Positions 29,648 through 39,816 of a stretch of DNA of 64,000 bases are shown piece by piece. The notes below the pieces were generated by a model that was not told the DNA's origin, ran no database searches, and saw nothing but the letters and a program-made list of their open reading frames with translations. Positions within the stretch are counted from its first letter, which is position 1; every line of letters starts with the position of its first letter. The position numbers and the translations under genes were made by a program. This stretch comes from Candidatus Latescibacterota bacterium (GTDB lineage: Bacteria; Latescibacterota; UBA2968; GCA-2709665), in NCBI GenBank assembly GCA_965219455.1, contig OZ244744.1, forward strand, positions 5,472,001-5,536,000. The letters are read 5' to 3'.

Positions 29648-30589
29648 TCAAAGCGTGTCAAGAATTTTGAGAATGGCATCCGGCGCATCGTTCGGGCCCG
29701 CATCGACCCACCTCACGCGCCGCTCCTTTCGAAACCACGTAAGTTGGCGTTTGGCATAGCGCCTTGTACCCGTCTTGATCTGCGCTGCGGTTTCAGACAG
29801 ACCCAATTTGCCGTCCAGATGATCGAAAACCTCGCGATATCCGAACGTATTCAGCGCATTGAGTTCACGGCCATAACCAAGACGTTTCAACGCCCTGACC
29901 TCGTCGACGAGCCCCGAAGCAAACATCCTGTCCACCCGTTCTTCAATCCTCCGGTACAGAAGCCCCCGGTCCATCCCCAGCCCGAACCACTCCGTACGCC
30001 AGTTTCTCGCCCGTTGCGCGGGTTGCTCGTGAAGCACCGAAAGCGGCGTCCCGGTCAGTTCGAAAACCTCCAGTGCGCGTACAACGCGTTTGGTATCGTT
30101 GGCGTGCAACCGTTCGGCCGCCACAGGGTCGACGTCGCGCAGCCTGGCGAAGATTCCGCCGGGGTCCTTCGTTGCTTCGGCCAGAAGACGACCGCGTACG
30201 GCCCCGGTGGTACGTGGAAGCGGTGAGAAGCCGTCGAGAACCGCTTTGAGATAGAGACCCGACCCCCCCACCAGGACCGGAACGCGATTCCGTTCCAGAA
30301 TAGACTCGATTGCCCTGGATGCGTCGCTCGCGTAATGCCCTGCGCTATAATGCTCATCCGGGCTCACAACGTCGATCATATGGTGTTTCGCGAGGGCACG
30401 CTCTTCCAACGTGGGTTTGGCCGTGCCAATGTCCATAGACCGATAGACCTGCCGCGCGTCGGCGGAGACTACTTCACCGCCAAGCGCCCTCGCCAGGGCG
30501 ATGCCGACCCGGGTCTTGCCCGATGCGGTCGGGCCCACGAGTGCCAATACCCGGTGCGGCCTATCTGCTGAATTGCCGGTCGATTTCAT
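29648..30589 (-). CDS. miaA: tRNA dimethylallyltransferase
   Basis: VGPTASGKT, SADARQVY, VGGSGLY and TRRYAKRQLTWF; follows mutL. Confidence 0.97.
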   Translation of the reverse strand: MKSTGNSADRPHRVLALVGPTASGKTRVGIALARALGGEVVSADARQVYRSMDIGTAKPTLEERALAKHHMIDVVSPDEHYSAGHYASDASRAIESILERNRVPVLVGGSGLYLKAVLDGFSPLPRTTGAVRGRLLAEATKDPGGIFARLRDVDPVAAERLHANDTKRVVRALEVFELTGTPLSVLHEQPAQRARNWRTEWFGLGMDRGLLYRRIEERVDRMFASGLVDEVRALKRLGYGRELNALNTFGYREVFDHLDGKLGLSETAAQIKTGTRRYAKRQLTWFRKERRVRWVDAGPNDAPDAILKILDTL

Positions 30590-32393
30590 CCAGGGGCATC
30601 TTTACCACGGTTGGCCTGCCCTGCGGGCAGACGAACGGTTCCCGGGTGGCAAACAGGCGATCGATCAGCGCCCGCATCTCCCTTGGCGAGAGCTTCTCTC
30701 CCGTTGGGATGGCCGTGTGCCGGGCATAGGCGGCCGCCAATCGATGCTCAAGCGGAGAAACGACGTTCTGGCGGCTGACCGGGACCGAGGAACGGCGCTC
30801 TTTGTCGGTCAAATCACCTACGATCTCTCGAAGAAGCCGCCCGTCTTCCCATACTTTAAGTTCCACGGGAATGGCATCCACGACCACGGTATTACCGCCA
30901 AAATCCCGTACTCCGAAGCCGATCGCTTCCAACAGCGGCATTGCCTCCCGCACCGTCTGGATCTGCCGCAAGCCAAAGTCAAGCGTGACCGGAAACAGAA
31001 GTCGCTGGCCCAAGCCGGCGTTAGCTTTAAAGCAATCCAGTGTCTGTTCGTAGATCATCCGCTGGTGGGCCAGGTGCTGATCGACAAAAATCAGGCCATT
31101 CTTGATATGCGCCAGGACATATCTGTCGTGCACCTGCCAGACGGAAACCTGATCGACCGTTTCCTCGTCAGTCAGTTCCGCATCGTCCTCCGCGCCCGCG
31201 TGCTTTTCGCGGCTCTCGGCCTTTTTGTTGACGGTCAGGGCAAGCGCCATTTGCACGTCTTCCAGGCCCAGGGGATCTGAAAGATAGGCCTCGCGTTCCA
31301 CGGGCGCGTCCGCAACGCCACCGGCAGGATCCGGCTTAGCGGAAGTGGCCCCGTTTGTAAGGATCGCGGGTTCGGCAAAGCCACTGCCCACTTCCGGAAC
31401 CAGATCCTCCTCCCTCAACCCCGCGCGAACGACTTCGGCAACCGCATCGTAAACCGAGGCCTCGTCCGAAAAACGCACTTCACGTTTGGTGGGGTGCACA
31501 TTGACGTCCAGACGGGAGGGATCCAGTTCCAGTAGAAGCGCAAAGGTGGGATGGAAGCCCTTCACGAGCAGTCCGCCAAATCCATCGTGCACGGCGTGCG
31601 TCACCGCCCGGTCGCGTACCCAGCGCCCGTTGACGACCATCGCCTGTTGTGCGCCCGATTTACGAGCCAGTTCCGGCCGTCCTGCAAACCCCCAAACCCG
31701 GATACCGTGCCGTTCACCGTCCAGGAAAACGGCGTCCCGGCCCAGTTGAACGCCAAATATCGCCTCCAGGCGATGTTGGCGTTCGGACCTCCCCAGGTTC
31801 AGAATTTCGCGCCCGTTGTGAGAAAGCAAAAAGGCAATGGCGGGATAGGCCAAAGCCAGGCCGGTCAGAGCGTCCGCCACGTGTCTGAATTCGGTCTCGA
31901 CACCCTTCAGGAATTTCCGCCTTGCGGGTACATTGAAAAACAGGCCGTGAACGGCGATGGTTGTTCCCCGGTCCCGGCCTGTGGACGTGACATCGCGCAC
32001 CCGACCGCTTTCGACGCGCACGCGAGTGCCCTGAATTTCTTCGGCGTGGCGGGTCTCGATAGCCATTCTGGACACCGCCGCGATACTCGGTAGCGCCTCC
32101 CCGCGAAACCCCAGCGTACGCAGCGTGCACAGATCGGAGAGATCGGCGATCTTGCTCGTGGCGTGCCGTTCAAGAGCCAGCAAAGCGTCGTCACGAGACA
32201 TCCCGCAGCCGTTATCGCTGACCCGTATAGTCTCTTTGCCGCCGCCGGCCACTTCAGCGACAATCCGGTCCGCACCTGCATCGATGGCGTTTTCCACCAG
32301 TTCCTTCACCACGGAGCCCGGCCGCTCCACGGCTTCACCTGCAGCGATACGATTGGCGATTTCGTCGGGTAGAATGCGGATCCGGTTGGGCAT
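30561..32393 (-). CDS. mutL: DNA mismatch repair protein MutL
   Basis: NRIAAGEAVERP...VKELVENAIDAGA, GFRGEAL, DVNVHPTKREVRF and clamp motif QRLLFP. Confidence 0.97.
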   Translation of the reverse strand: MPNRIRILPDEIANRIAAGEAVERPGSVVKELVENAIDAGADRIVAEVAGGGKETIRVSDNGCGMSRDDALLALERHATSKIADLSDLCTLRTLGFRGEALPSIAAVSRMAIETRHAEEIQGTRVRVESGRVRDVTSTGRDRGTTIAVHGLFFNVPARRKFLKGVETEFRHVADALTGLALAYPAIAFLLSHNGREILNLGRSERQHRLEAIFGVQLGRDAVFLDGERHGIRVWGFAGRPELARKSGAQQAMVVNGRWVRDRAVTHAVHDGFGGLLVKGFHPTFALLLELDPSRLDVNVHPTKREVRFSDEASVYDAVAEVVRAGLREEDLVPEVGSGFAEPAILTNGATSAKPDPAGGVADAPVEREAYLSDPLGLEDVQMALALTVNKKAESREKHAGAEDDAELTDEETVDQVSVWQVHDRYVLAHIKNGLIFVDQHLAHQRMIYEQTLDCFKANAGLGQRLLFPVTLDFGLRQIQTVREAMPLLEAIGFGVRDFGGNTVVVDAIPVELKVWEDGRLLREIVGDLTDKERRSSVPVSRQNVVSPLEHRLAAAYARHTAIPTGEKLSPREMRALIDRLFATREPFVCPQGRPTVVKMPLDEIDRQFSR

Positions 32394-32539
32394 GCCTAAA
32401 CGTCTGCCTTTGCTGCGGTGCCGGTAAACAAGCGAATTAGCGGGATTCAGATTTGCCCTCGCAGCATCCCTCAGAATCGTTACGAACACGAACCCGAAAG
32501 CCCCGATCCGTCTTACGAACGCGCATTTCTGCCCATGCC

Positions 32540-33904
32540 CTACAGGCCCTGGCGCTTCAATCGGTCCAGGGTGCGATCGAATGCGTCGACAACGTGATCC
32601 AGATCTTCTTCGGTATGCACGGATGCCGTTAACCCGGCCAATCCGTTCAGATCGACGCCTTCCAGTTGCATCGTGGCACGGAATGCATCCCTCATCGCCG
32701 GATCGGGCGTCTTCAGCCGGCGGTAGTCATAGGTTCCCCCGGCTATCGCTTCCAGGCTCTGTTCCATGGGTCCGCTATCGGGAAGGAATTTGATGCCGGA
32801 GAAGTCACCGTAGACAACCCAGTCCACGCCGTGGTCCGAGATGACACAGTTGAGACGGTTGCGCAGGATTTCGCCGTTCCGGTTTGCGCGTGCGATGTGT
32901 TTGCCGTCTTCGATAGCCTTCAGCGTGGCAATCCCGGCGGCCGCGGAAACCGGATTGGCGTTAAAGGTACCCTGGTGGGGCATTTTCCTGCACGTATCCC
33001 ACTCCCGGTCTCCCCGAAACGCCAGCAGATCCATGATATCCTGCCGACCGGTCAGACAGCCTCCGGGGAGTCCGCCCGCCAAAATCTTCGCCAACGACGT
33101 GAGATCGGGCTTGACGTTGAAGTGGGCCTGGGCGCCTCCGGGCGAGCATCGAAAGCCGGTGACCACTTCGTCGAAGATCAAAAGCACGTTGTGCCGAAGC
33201 GTTACGCGTCGCAATTCTTCCAGGAAACCCGGACGGAGGGGTGCCACGCCGAAAATGGCTCCGGTAGGCTCCAGAATGACACAGGCAATATCGTCGTCCC
33301 GGTCAAGAATAGCCTCAACCTGATCGATTTGGTTCGGCGGGCACAGGCAGACGGTATCCGCAACTTCGCGAAGAACGCCGGCGGGCACGGGTTCGTCGAA
33401 GGGCGGCAGCACGCCCACGTTGAGGTTGTCGTGCCAGCCATGAAAGTGGCCGAAAAACTTGAGCACCTTTCGCTTTCCGGTAAAGGTCCGCGCCAGCCGG
33501 AGCGCCATCAGCGTCGCCTCGGTGCCCGAGCTTGTAAATCGAACGCGTTCGGCGGAGGGGATCAACTTCATGACCCGCTCTCCCCACTCCACTTCCAACT
33601 CGTGACACGCACCATAGTGGGTACCACGCGCCACCTGTTCCGAAACGGCTGCCACCATATCCGGGTAACAATGCCCGAGCATCAGTGCCCCGTGCCCCAT
33701 CCATAGATCCACATATTCCCGGCCGTCCACGTCCCATTTACGCCCTGCCTTGGCACGACTTGCGTAAATGGGAAATGGCGTACAATAGCGAGAATCGTGG
33801 GTAACGCCGCTGGGAAAGATCCGCGACGCTTTTTCGTAGAGCGCCAGAGACCGGTTCAGCGCATCCCGGAATTCTGCATTAATTCCATTAACTAATTCTT
33901 CCAC
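32540..33904 (-). CDS. Class III PLP aminotransferase (glutamate-1-semialdehyde aminomutase-like)
   Basis: SSGTEAT, HFHGWHD, LIFDEVVTGF, AKILAGGLP and GTFNANP. Confidence 0.88.
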   Translation of the reverse strand: MEELVNGINAEFRDALNRSLALYEKASRIFPSGVTHDSRYCTPFPIYASRAKAGRKWDVDGREYVDLWMGHGALMLGHCYPDMVAAVSEQVARGTHYGACHELEVEWGERVMKLIPSAERVRFTSSGTEATLMALRLARTFTGKRKVLKFFGHFHGWHDNLNVGVLPPFDEPVPAGVLREVADTVCLCPPNQIDQVEAILDRDDDIACVILEPTGAIFGVAPLRPGFLEELRRVTLRHNVLLIFDEVVTGFRCSPGGAQAHFNVKPDLTSLAKILAGGLPGGCLTGRQDIMDLLAFRGDREWDTCRKMPHQGTFNANPVSAAAGIATLKAIEDGKHIARANRNGEILRNRLNCVISDHGVDWVVYGDFSGIKFLPDSGPMEQSLEAIAGGTYDYRRLKTPDPAMRDAFRATMQLEGVDLNGLAGLTASVHTEEDLDHVVDAFDRTLDRLKRQGL

Positions 33905-34028
33905 AGTTGGTTATCCCTCTTCTTTAACGTGATCACTCAGAAGGCCCGGAAACGTTTCATGCCCGCCACGAGCCGTAAGTGGGAAAAATAACGAACAGGT
34001 AGAAAAAAGCAACCGGCAAAATGCGCTG

Positions 34029-36062
34029 TTATGCTTGTCTCGGCAGGGGGTAAGAAAACGTGCGATCAGCCTCGACGCCTGAGAAATCCGATGCATCTTC
34101 CGACATGACCCAGAGATGTTGTTCGGTCCCCGCCTGCACCCTGAATCCACCGGTCTCTCCGGGGCCGCCCGAACCGGCCGCTTCCACCCGACGGACCACG
34201 GGGACCGCGTCCCAGTGATGCGCGAGCGCGACAAAGGTTGTCTCCCGGGCAATCCTCCGGCGGATGAGCACATCGCCGGTTTCCGACGCGGGCTGAAGCG
34301 GCGCTTTTCCAATGATTATTTGCGCCCCCGTGTCTTCCGGGAGGAATGCCCCCACCCCACCCTTCGGCAAGCCCCACTGCAACGAAACCATTTCCTCCGG
34401 TACGAATTCGATCGGCTGCCGGATGTGGTCATATCCGTCGCCGGAAAGCGCAATCGACCCGCGACACGACAGACCGGTCTGCATGCAACGATCGGCCGGA
34501 TACCGGCAGACCCAATCCATCTGGCATTCCTGTGGCGCCTTAACGTGGAACACATCCCAGAAGTACGAATCCGTCCACAAAATCACCCGACGCATTTCAA
34601 CTCCCGAATAGGGGGCTTGCTCCCAGGAAACGCTGGCGTCGACCACCTCGAACCCATCCGCGCGCCGTACATCGAAATTCACCAGCCGCCCTTCCGCCGG
34701 AGGCTGGGAATGGCCGTCTACCATCACGGTGTTATGGCTGATTGTCTGCCGATACCAGGTCTCGTTCAGGTCGACGCCATACCCCGGCGTACCCAGGTCC
34801 GCAGCAACCGGGCACCCGCGCGCGTAGAACGAAATCGAGAGTTTGTCGGGATGTCCGTGCCCGCCGCCGTGCGGACCGTACTTCAGCAGCACGCAGCTTT
34901 GCCTATCCAGCGCCTCGCCCGACCTCAAGATGGCCATTCCCGACGGTTTCAGCACGGCGCTCTCCACGACGAGTCTGCCGCCGGAATCGGGCAGATCTTC
35001 ACCGTACAGAAGCGCCTCCACGGACATTCGGGGCCGGCCGGAATAGTTGCGTTCGAGTATCCGGGCGAAGACGGGATCTCTATACCACCCGTACGCCACC
35101 TCGTAAAAGGACTCCGATGGCGGCACTCCGTGGCAGACGTCGGACAACAACGAAGAAAAATACCAGCAATCGTTGGTGGCGGGCAGCCTGAAATCGGGAA
35201 ACGCCAGCGACACCGGGGCGCGGAACATCGCCCTCAACCGGTCGTTGTCATGCAGGTCCGCACCGCTGTTCTCCGACACCTGGATCTGAGCAATCAACGC
35301 GGCGAGGGTATAAAAATGGTAACTGGAAGATCCCTCCCACCACAATCCGTCGTCCAGAACACCCTCCCGCAACTGGTGGAAAAACCCGAAATTGTCCTCC
35401 AGGGCAACCTTCTGAAATTTCGCGTCGTTCAGGCAGATTCCAACGGCCGCTAAAGCAGCATTGTGCCAGCATTCGATGTTGTGTATGCGGTGGAACTTCT
35501 GGCTCTGAATGTGCTCCGCCGCCACAACGAGCAGGTTCGTTTCTATAAACGTCCGCTGGATGGGGGTGAGGGCTTCCCGGATAAGATCGTAGGCCTTTGC
35601 GATGGGGATCAACCACACCGCCTCGTCCAGTGAATGGTTTGCCACCTTGCCCCAGCCATACGGCAGTTCACGCTCGATCGGGTACCCCGGATAACGTTCT
35701 GCGTAGGCCAACAGAATCTCTCTGCATCTGGCCAGATATGCTCCGTTCGTATCCAATTGCCACATGAGCGCCAATCTGTATGCCATAGTGGACAGCCGAT
35801 TGTTGACGAACCAGCGCCATGCGGAATCGTATGGCTCGCCCGAAAAGACCCGTCCGTCCTTCGGACATCGATGGGCGTGCGGCGATCCGGCGTCGAATGC
35901 AAGCTCCACGGCGTGATCCGGGCAAAAGTAGTTGTGGTAGTACCCTGCCGGGCGGTCCTGAGGCTGCATTTCTTCGCCGAGGAAGGTCTTCGCCTCGGTC
36001 TCCAATCGACGGTAGGCATGGATGAATGCCGGATGGGTCCGCCGTTCCCTCGCCATCGCCAT
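34029..36062 (-). CDS. Heparinase II/III-like polysaccharide lyase
   Basis: HNIECWHN, DGLWWEGSSSYHFY, YGPHGGGHGHPDKL and HNTVMVDG. Confidence 0.88.
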   Translation of the reverse strand: MAMARERRTHPAFIHAYRRLETEAKTFLGEEMQPQDRPAGYYHNYFCPDHAVELAFDAGSPHAHRCPKDGRVFSGEPYDSAWRWFVNNRLSTMAYRLALMWQLDTNGAYLARCREILLAYAERYPGYPIERELPYGWGKVANHSLDEAVWLIPIAKAYDLIREALTPIQRTFIETNLLVVAAEHIQSQKFHRIHNIECWHNAALAAVGICLNDAKFQKVALEDNFGFFHQLREGVLDDGLWWEGSSSYHFYTLAALIAQIQVSENSGADLHDNDRLRAMFRAPVSLAFPDFRLPATNDCWYFSSLLSDVCHGVPPSESFYEVAYGWYRDPVFARILERNYSGRPRMSVEALLYGEDLPDSGGRLVVESAVLKPSGMAILRSGEALDRQSCVLLKYGPHGGGHGHPDKLSISFYARGCPVAADLGTPGYGVDLNETWYRQTISHNTVMVDGHSQPPAEGRLVNFDVRRADGFEVVDASVSWEQAPYSGVEMRRVILWTDSYFWDVFHVKAPQECQMDWVCRYPADRCMQTGLSCRGSIALSGDGYDHIRQPIEFVPEEMVSLQWGLPKGGVGAFLPEDTGAQIIIGKAPLQPASETGDVLIRRRIARETTFVALAHHWDAVPVVRRVEAAGSGGPGETGGFRVQAGTEQHLWVMSEDASDFSGVEADRTFSYPLPRQA

Positions 36063-36239
36063 ACGACGTTCGGTTATCAGCTTCAACACACGTCCCCCAC
36101 GTTAAAAACGGCCGGTTGCCACATTACGGGTCGGACCTTATCTTGTGAGGTTCCCGAGGCTTCGCACCGCACATGGGCCGGCCAAGCCACCGGATGCGTG
36201 CCGGCCACCTTTAAAATCGCGCCTTCACGGGGTTTCCCT

Positions 36240-36884
36240 ATGCCCGACACAATATCGGAGATTCTGATACCCGCCAATGAAATTCAGGAAAGGGTTCGTC
36301 AGTTGGGCGCCCGGATATCGTCGGACTTTCACTCGGACAACGCTGCCGGTACGGATAGCCCGACAGCATGGGAGGATCGACACGCGGACGACCTGTCTGC
36401 GCCGAATATCCGGCAGGCAGGGACACTGAGACCACTCATCCTTATGGGCGTTCTCAAAGGCGCCCTCTTCTTCCTCGCCGATCTGTCCCGGGAGATTTCG
36501 GTTCCCGTGGAGATCGAATATATGTCGGTATCCAGCTATGGTAAATCGACGCGGAGTTCCGGCGTTGTAAGGATCCTGAAGGATCTCGATCGCGACATCG
36601 CCGGCGCCGACGTGCTCCTTGTGGAGGATATCGTCGATACGGGCCTCACGCTGGACTATCTTCTGCGCATCCTCGAGCCAAGGCGTCCTCGAAGCCTGAA
36701 AGTCTGCAGCCTGCTGGAGAAACCCTCCCGTCGAAGGGTGTATGTGCCAATCGACTACGTCGGCTTCTCCATCCCGAACGAATTTGTCGTAGGATATGGC
36801 CTGGACTACGACCAGCAATACCGCAATCTTCCTTACATTGCGGCATTGAAGAATTCCGATGCGCCGCGCTCGCATTGCACCTGA
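36240..36884 (+). CDS. hpt: Hypoxanthine phosphoribosyltransferase
   Basis: GVLKGALFFLADL, VLLVEDIVDTGLTL and FVVGYGLDY. Confidence 0.95.
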   Translation: MPDTISEILIPANEIQERVRQLGARISSDFHSDNAAGTDSPTAWEDRHADDLSAPNIRQAGTLRPLILMGVLKGALFFLADLSREISVPVEIEYMSVSSYGKSTRSSGVVRILKDLDRDIAGADVLLVEDIVDTGLTLDYLLRILEPRRPRSLKVCSLLEKPSRRRVYVPIDYVGFSIPNEFVVGYGLDYDQQYRNLPYIAALKNSDAPRSHCT

Positions 36885-36954
36885 GCGAGACGACCTGCGG
36901 TAGAGACATTGTCAGATGTCGTGGATAGCGGAGAGCGCGTCCTGAGTCGCCACC

Positions 36955-36980
36955 AGGGCGACCACAAGGGTCGCCCCTAC
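36955..36980 (-). repeat. GTAG-type REP-like palindrome
   Basis: Minus strand reads GTAG-GGGCGACC-CTTGT-GGTCGCCC, between the convergent hpt and UDG genes. Confidence 0.7.
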
Positions 36981-37037
36981 AAAAACAATATGGACGCGGA
37001 CATGCGGCGAATGGTGACATGTTTACGGGAAAGGGCA

Positions 37038-37781
37038 CTAAGTTCCCAGGCTCCCACCCGGTTCCGCCAACACGCGGTTCACGGTCTTGAACAGGCTCTC
37101 TACCATCTGCTCCGTGAGCGTTCCCGTATTTATATTGTAACGGCTGAAGTGATAACTGGCAACCAGAATCCGGGAATCGCGGCGGAAACGATAGGTCCTG
37201 CCGTGCACGAACCGGTAGTGCCCCACCCTTTCGATGATACCCTCCGCCCTCAAGAGGCGCAGATAGGCCTCAAACGCGTCTCTCCCCATTGACAGTACAA
37301 CCCGGATCCGCCTCAACTGCTTCGTTTCCATTCGCAGCCAGCCCAGGCAGGCGCGTTTCTCGCTACCGTTCGGCCTGTTTGCGGGCGGTACGCACTTTAC
37401 GGCGTTTGTAATGTAGACGTTATCGAGCTTCAGGCCATCGTTCGGGTGGGTGGATTTCGGTTGATTGCCGAACCCGTGACGGTATAGTGCCCCGTAGAGC
37501 ACCTGTCCGGCGTGGTCCCCGGTAAACGGCCTGCCGGTGCGGTTCGCCCCATGGGCGCCCGGTGCAAGACCGATAACGAGCAGTTCGCCGGACGCATCGC
37601 CGAAGCCCGGCACCGGTTTTGCCCAGTAGCCATCGACATTCTCCTTTTGATTGTCGGCGGAATCGAACGTGGCGCGGTAGTCAACCAGCCGCGCGCAACT
37701 GCCGCAGTCTGCAATCTGCTCAAAGAGCAGCCGTTCCGCTCCCGCCTCTTCCCACGTGACGCGCTGCGATCTGGCGCCCAT
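37038..37781 (-). CDS. Uracil-DNA glycosylase, family 5 (UdgB-like, Fe-S)
   Basis: CGSCARL, GLAPGAHGANRTGRPFTGD, NAVKCVPPANRP and SYHFSRYN. Confidence 0.92.
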   Translation of the reverse strand: MGARSQRVTWEEAGAERLLFEQIADCGSCARLVDYRATFDSADNQKENVDGYWAKPVPGFGDASGELLVIGLAPGAHGANRTGRPFTGDHAGQVLYGALYRHGFGNQPKSTHPNDGLKLDNVYITNAVKCVPPANRPNGSEKRACLGWLRMETKQLRRIRVVLSMGRDAFEAYLRLLRAEGIIERVGHYRFVHGRTYRFRRDSRILVASYHFSRYNINTGTLTEQMVESLFKTVNRVLAEPGGSLGT

Positions 37782-37985
37782 TGTGTCGGCTTCCGTTCGT
37801 TGCGTTCGCAGCCCTGAAAGGATGACGCATCAAGAAATGACAAGCAGCCGCGCTTCCTTCGGTAGATGCGCAACCCGATATCGGCACACCTGGCTGCCGT
37901 CAATGGCCGGCAGCCATCATCATCACGCCACCCGGGAATTTCCCGGGGATTCCGCATGCCTGGAAATCGTCCGTGACGCCTACGC

Positions 37986-38017
37986 AAAAGAGGCGGTCCC
38001 GTGGGGGCCGCCTCTTT
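37986..38017. terminator. Intrinsic (bidirectional) terminator
   Basis: AAAAGAGGCGGTCCC-gtg-GGGGCCGCCTCTTT downstream of the glutaredoxin gene. Confidence 0.75.
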
Positions 38018-38047
38018 AGAGATATCGATGTGTAACCGGATTCGCGG

Positions 38048-38410
38048 CTAGTTTCCCACCCTGTTGTTGAAAAATACCACCTGCCGCGACCGGGCCATGG
38101 CCTCGTGTTCCTCGTCGGTGCATGACCTGTCGGTGGGAACGTTGGGATCGGGACCCGCCGGCTGGTACCCGCTGCGGACCAGATAGGCTTCCAGATCCTC
38201 CCCGCTGATATCGGCCAGGATCTGCCCATCGAAATCCAGGGTCGGCTGCAGCGGCTGCCCGCTCTTGCGCACCATTTCTTCGTAATTTGCGGGATTGTTT
38301 ATGATGTCTTTGTCCTCGTATCTGAGTCCGTACTTGTCCAGCACCGCCCGTATGCCGCGGCTCCATCCACAGTGGGGTTTGAGATATGCGGTAATCGCGG
38401 GATTACCCAT
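38048..38410 (-). CDS. Monothiol glutaredoxin-like protein
   Basis: YLKPHCGWS and SGQPLQP. Confidence 0.82.
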   Translation of the reverse strand: MGNPAITAYLKPHCGWSRGIRAVLDKYGLRYEDKDIINNPANYEEMVRKSGQPLQPTLDFDGQILADISGEDLEAYLVRSGYQPAGPDPNVPTDRSCTDEEHEAMARSRQVVFFNNRVGN

Positions 38411-38750
38411 CGGAGATTCTCCTTTTCCTTGAATTAACCATCGAAACGCATGATTTCATCCCTGAACTAACATAACGAACTTTTCCGAGATTTGCAAGTC
38501 CAATCGCCATTCGTACGGACCGAATGGAATCTTTCGGGAGTCCGGAGTGGGAGGAATGTGACAACGGTTTTTCAACCTGGCCCCTGGCGGCCGCGAACAC
38601 GGATGGCAATATCCGCACATGTCGGGAAACCAGAGTCTCTCTCGATATCGGTTGGGGATAAATCGCGCCCGTGCGGGCTGTCGACACACCGCGAACCTCG
38701 CGCGGGCACGTAGAGTCGGGGCAATTCGCCGTCGTTTGGTGGCTTGCGGA

Positions 38751-39053
38751 TTATGCCGCCGCATTCACCGCATTGGCAAAATCGAGGTCGGCGCGGGTGA
38801 CGGCGTTTTCACTGTGAGTCGTCACCGTAACCGTGAGGGTCTTGCTCCTGCTGTCCAGGTTGATGTCCGAGTGATGGTTGTTGCTGTCCATTACCTGAGT
38901 CAGCGTGCGTACAAAGGCCATCGTGGGGACGAATTTCTGGAACTTCCATACCCTGTGAAGCGCCCTGGTTTCCCGGTCGTATTCCCAGCCCTCCAGATCC
39001 TTCAGCGCTTCCAGTATTTCCTCCTCGGTCACCCGGGTCTTATCCTCGTGCAT
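38751..39053 (-). CDS. Pterin-4-alpha-carbinolamine dehydratase
   Basis: NHHSDI and TTHSENAVTRADL; GGAGG SD before ATG 39053. Confidence 0.85.
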   Translation of the reverse strand: MHEDKTRVTEEEILEALKDLEGWEYDRETRALHRVWKFQKFVPTMAFVRTLTQVMDSNNHHSDINLDSRSKTLTVTVTTHSENAVTRADLDFANAVNAAA

Positions 39054-39203
39054 AGCTACCTCCCTTGAAAACGACAATATTGAATATGTCGAACCAAAAC
39101 CGCGCTCGTAGCCCGGGTTGGCGTGACTGCGTGGCGAACGACCACCGGGCCAGTGGGCGAAAACCGCGTCCCAAAGAGAATATACCAAGAATTCACAGGC
39201 TGA

Positions 39204-39815
39204 TCAATCCCCGCGGAGGATGCCTGCCGTCGCGAGCGCGTTTTCGTACTCCTCGGGGGTGTTGATATTTCGCAGAGATTCCAATTCAGGATCCACATCC
39301 CGTAAAACGGACCCGGGCACCCGGCAACAGCCGCAACGTTCCGTCAACATTGTTAGTTTGAGGGTGCCGGAATCCAGCATTTCCGAAATCACAGGGAGTA
39401 CGGACACGCGATAAACGGCCGCAAGCGGATGCAGCCTGCCACCTACGTATGGCACTGCGATATCGGCTTCGCCAACCAGATGCGCAAGGCGGCGTACAAA
39501 TCCGGAACGCAGGAAAGGCGCATCGCAACCACATACAAACGCGGCATCGGCTTGCCGGGAAATAGCTTCAAGACCTGCCGCCAGCCCCTGTAACGGGCCC
39601 CTGCCCGACACCTGATCCCGGATAATGTCCACGTTGTCGGGAAGGCGCGGCAGTCGTTGCCGGGGTGCGGAAACCACCAGCACGGTACCCAGCGCGCCGC
39701 TGAGCACACGAACCACACGCTGCAGCAGATATTCTTCCCCAAAGCGCAACCAAGCCTTGGACGACCCCATCCGTCGGCTTCGTCCGCCGCACAACACGAT
39801 GCCCCCGATTCTCAT
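39204..39815 (-). CDS. mobA: Molybdenum cofactor guanylyltransferase
   Basis: VLCGGRSRRMGSSKA, GPLQG, CDAPF and NINTPEEY. Confidence 0.9.
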   Translation of the reverse strand: MRIGGIVLCGGRSRRMGSSKAWLRFGEEYLLQRVVRVLSGALGTVLVVSAPRQRLPRLPDNVDIIRDQVSGRGPLQGLAAGLEAISRQADAAFVCGCDAPFLRSGFVRRLAHLVGEADIAVPYVGGRLHPLAAVYRVSVLPVISEMLDSGTLKLTMLTERCGCCRVPGSVLRDVDPELESLRNINTPEEYENALATAGILRGD

Positions 39816-39816
39816 T

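Noticed and set aside
32540-33904. Assigning the symbol hemL
   Set aside because: The family motifs fit, but there is no heme-pathway context and divergent paralogues are common.
37790-37985. Selenoprotein-like mini-ORF (MAAGH-TGA-RQ) or riboswitch upstream of the UDG gene
   Set aside because: No recognisable selenoprotein family, SECIS or riboswitch consensus. The TGA lies in a TTGACG that is more simply a promoter -35 box.
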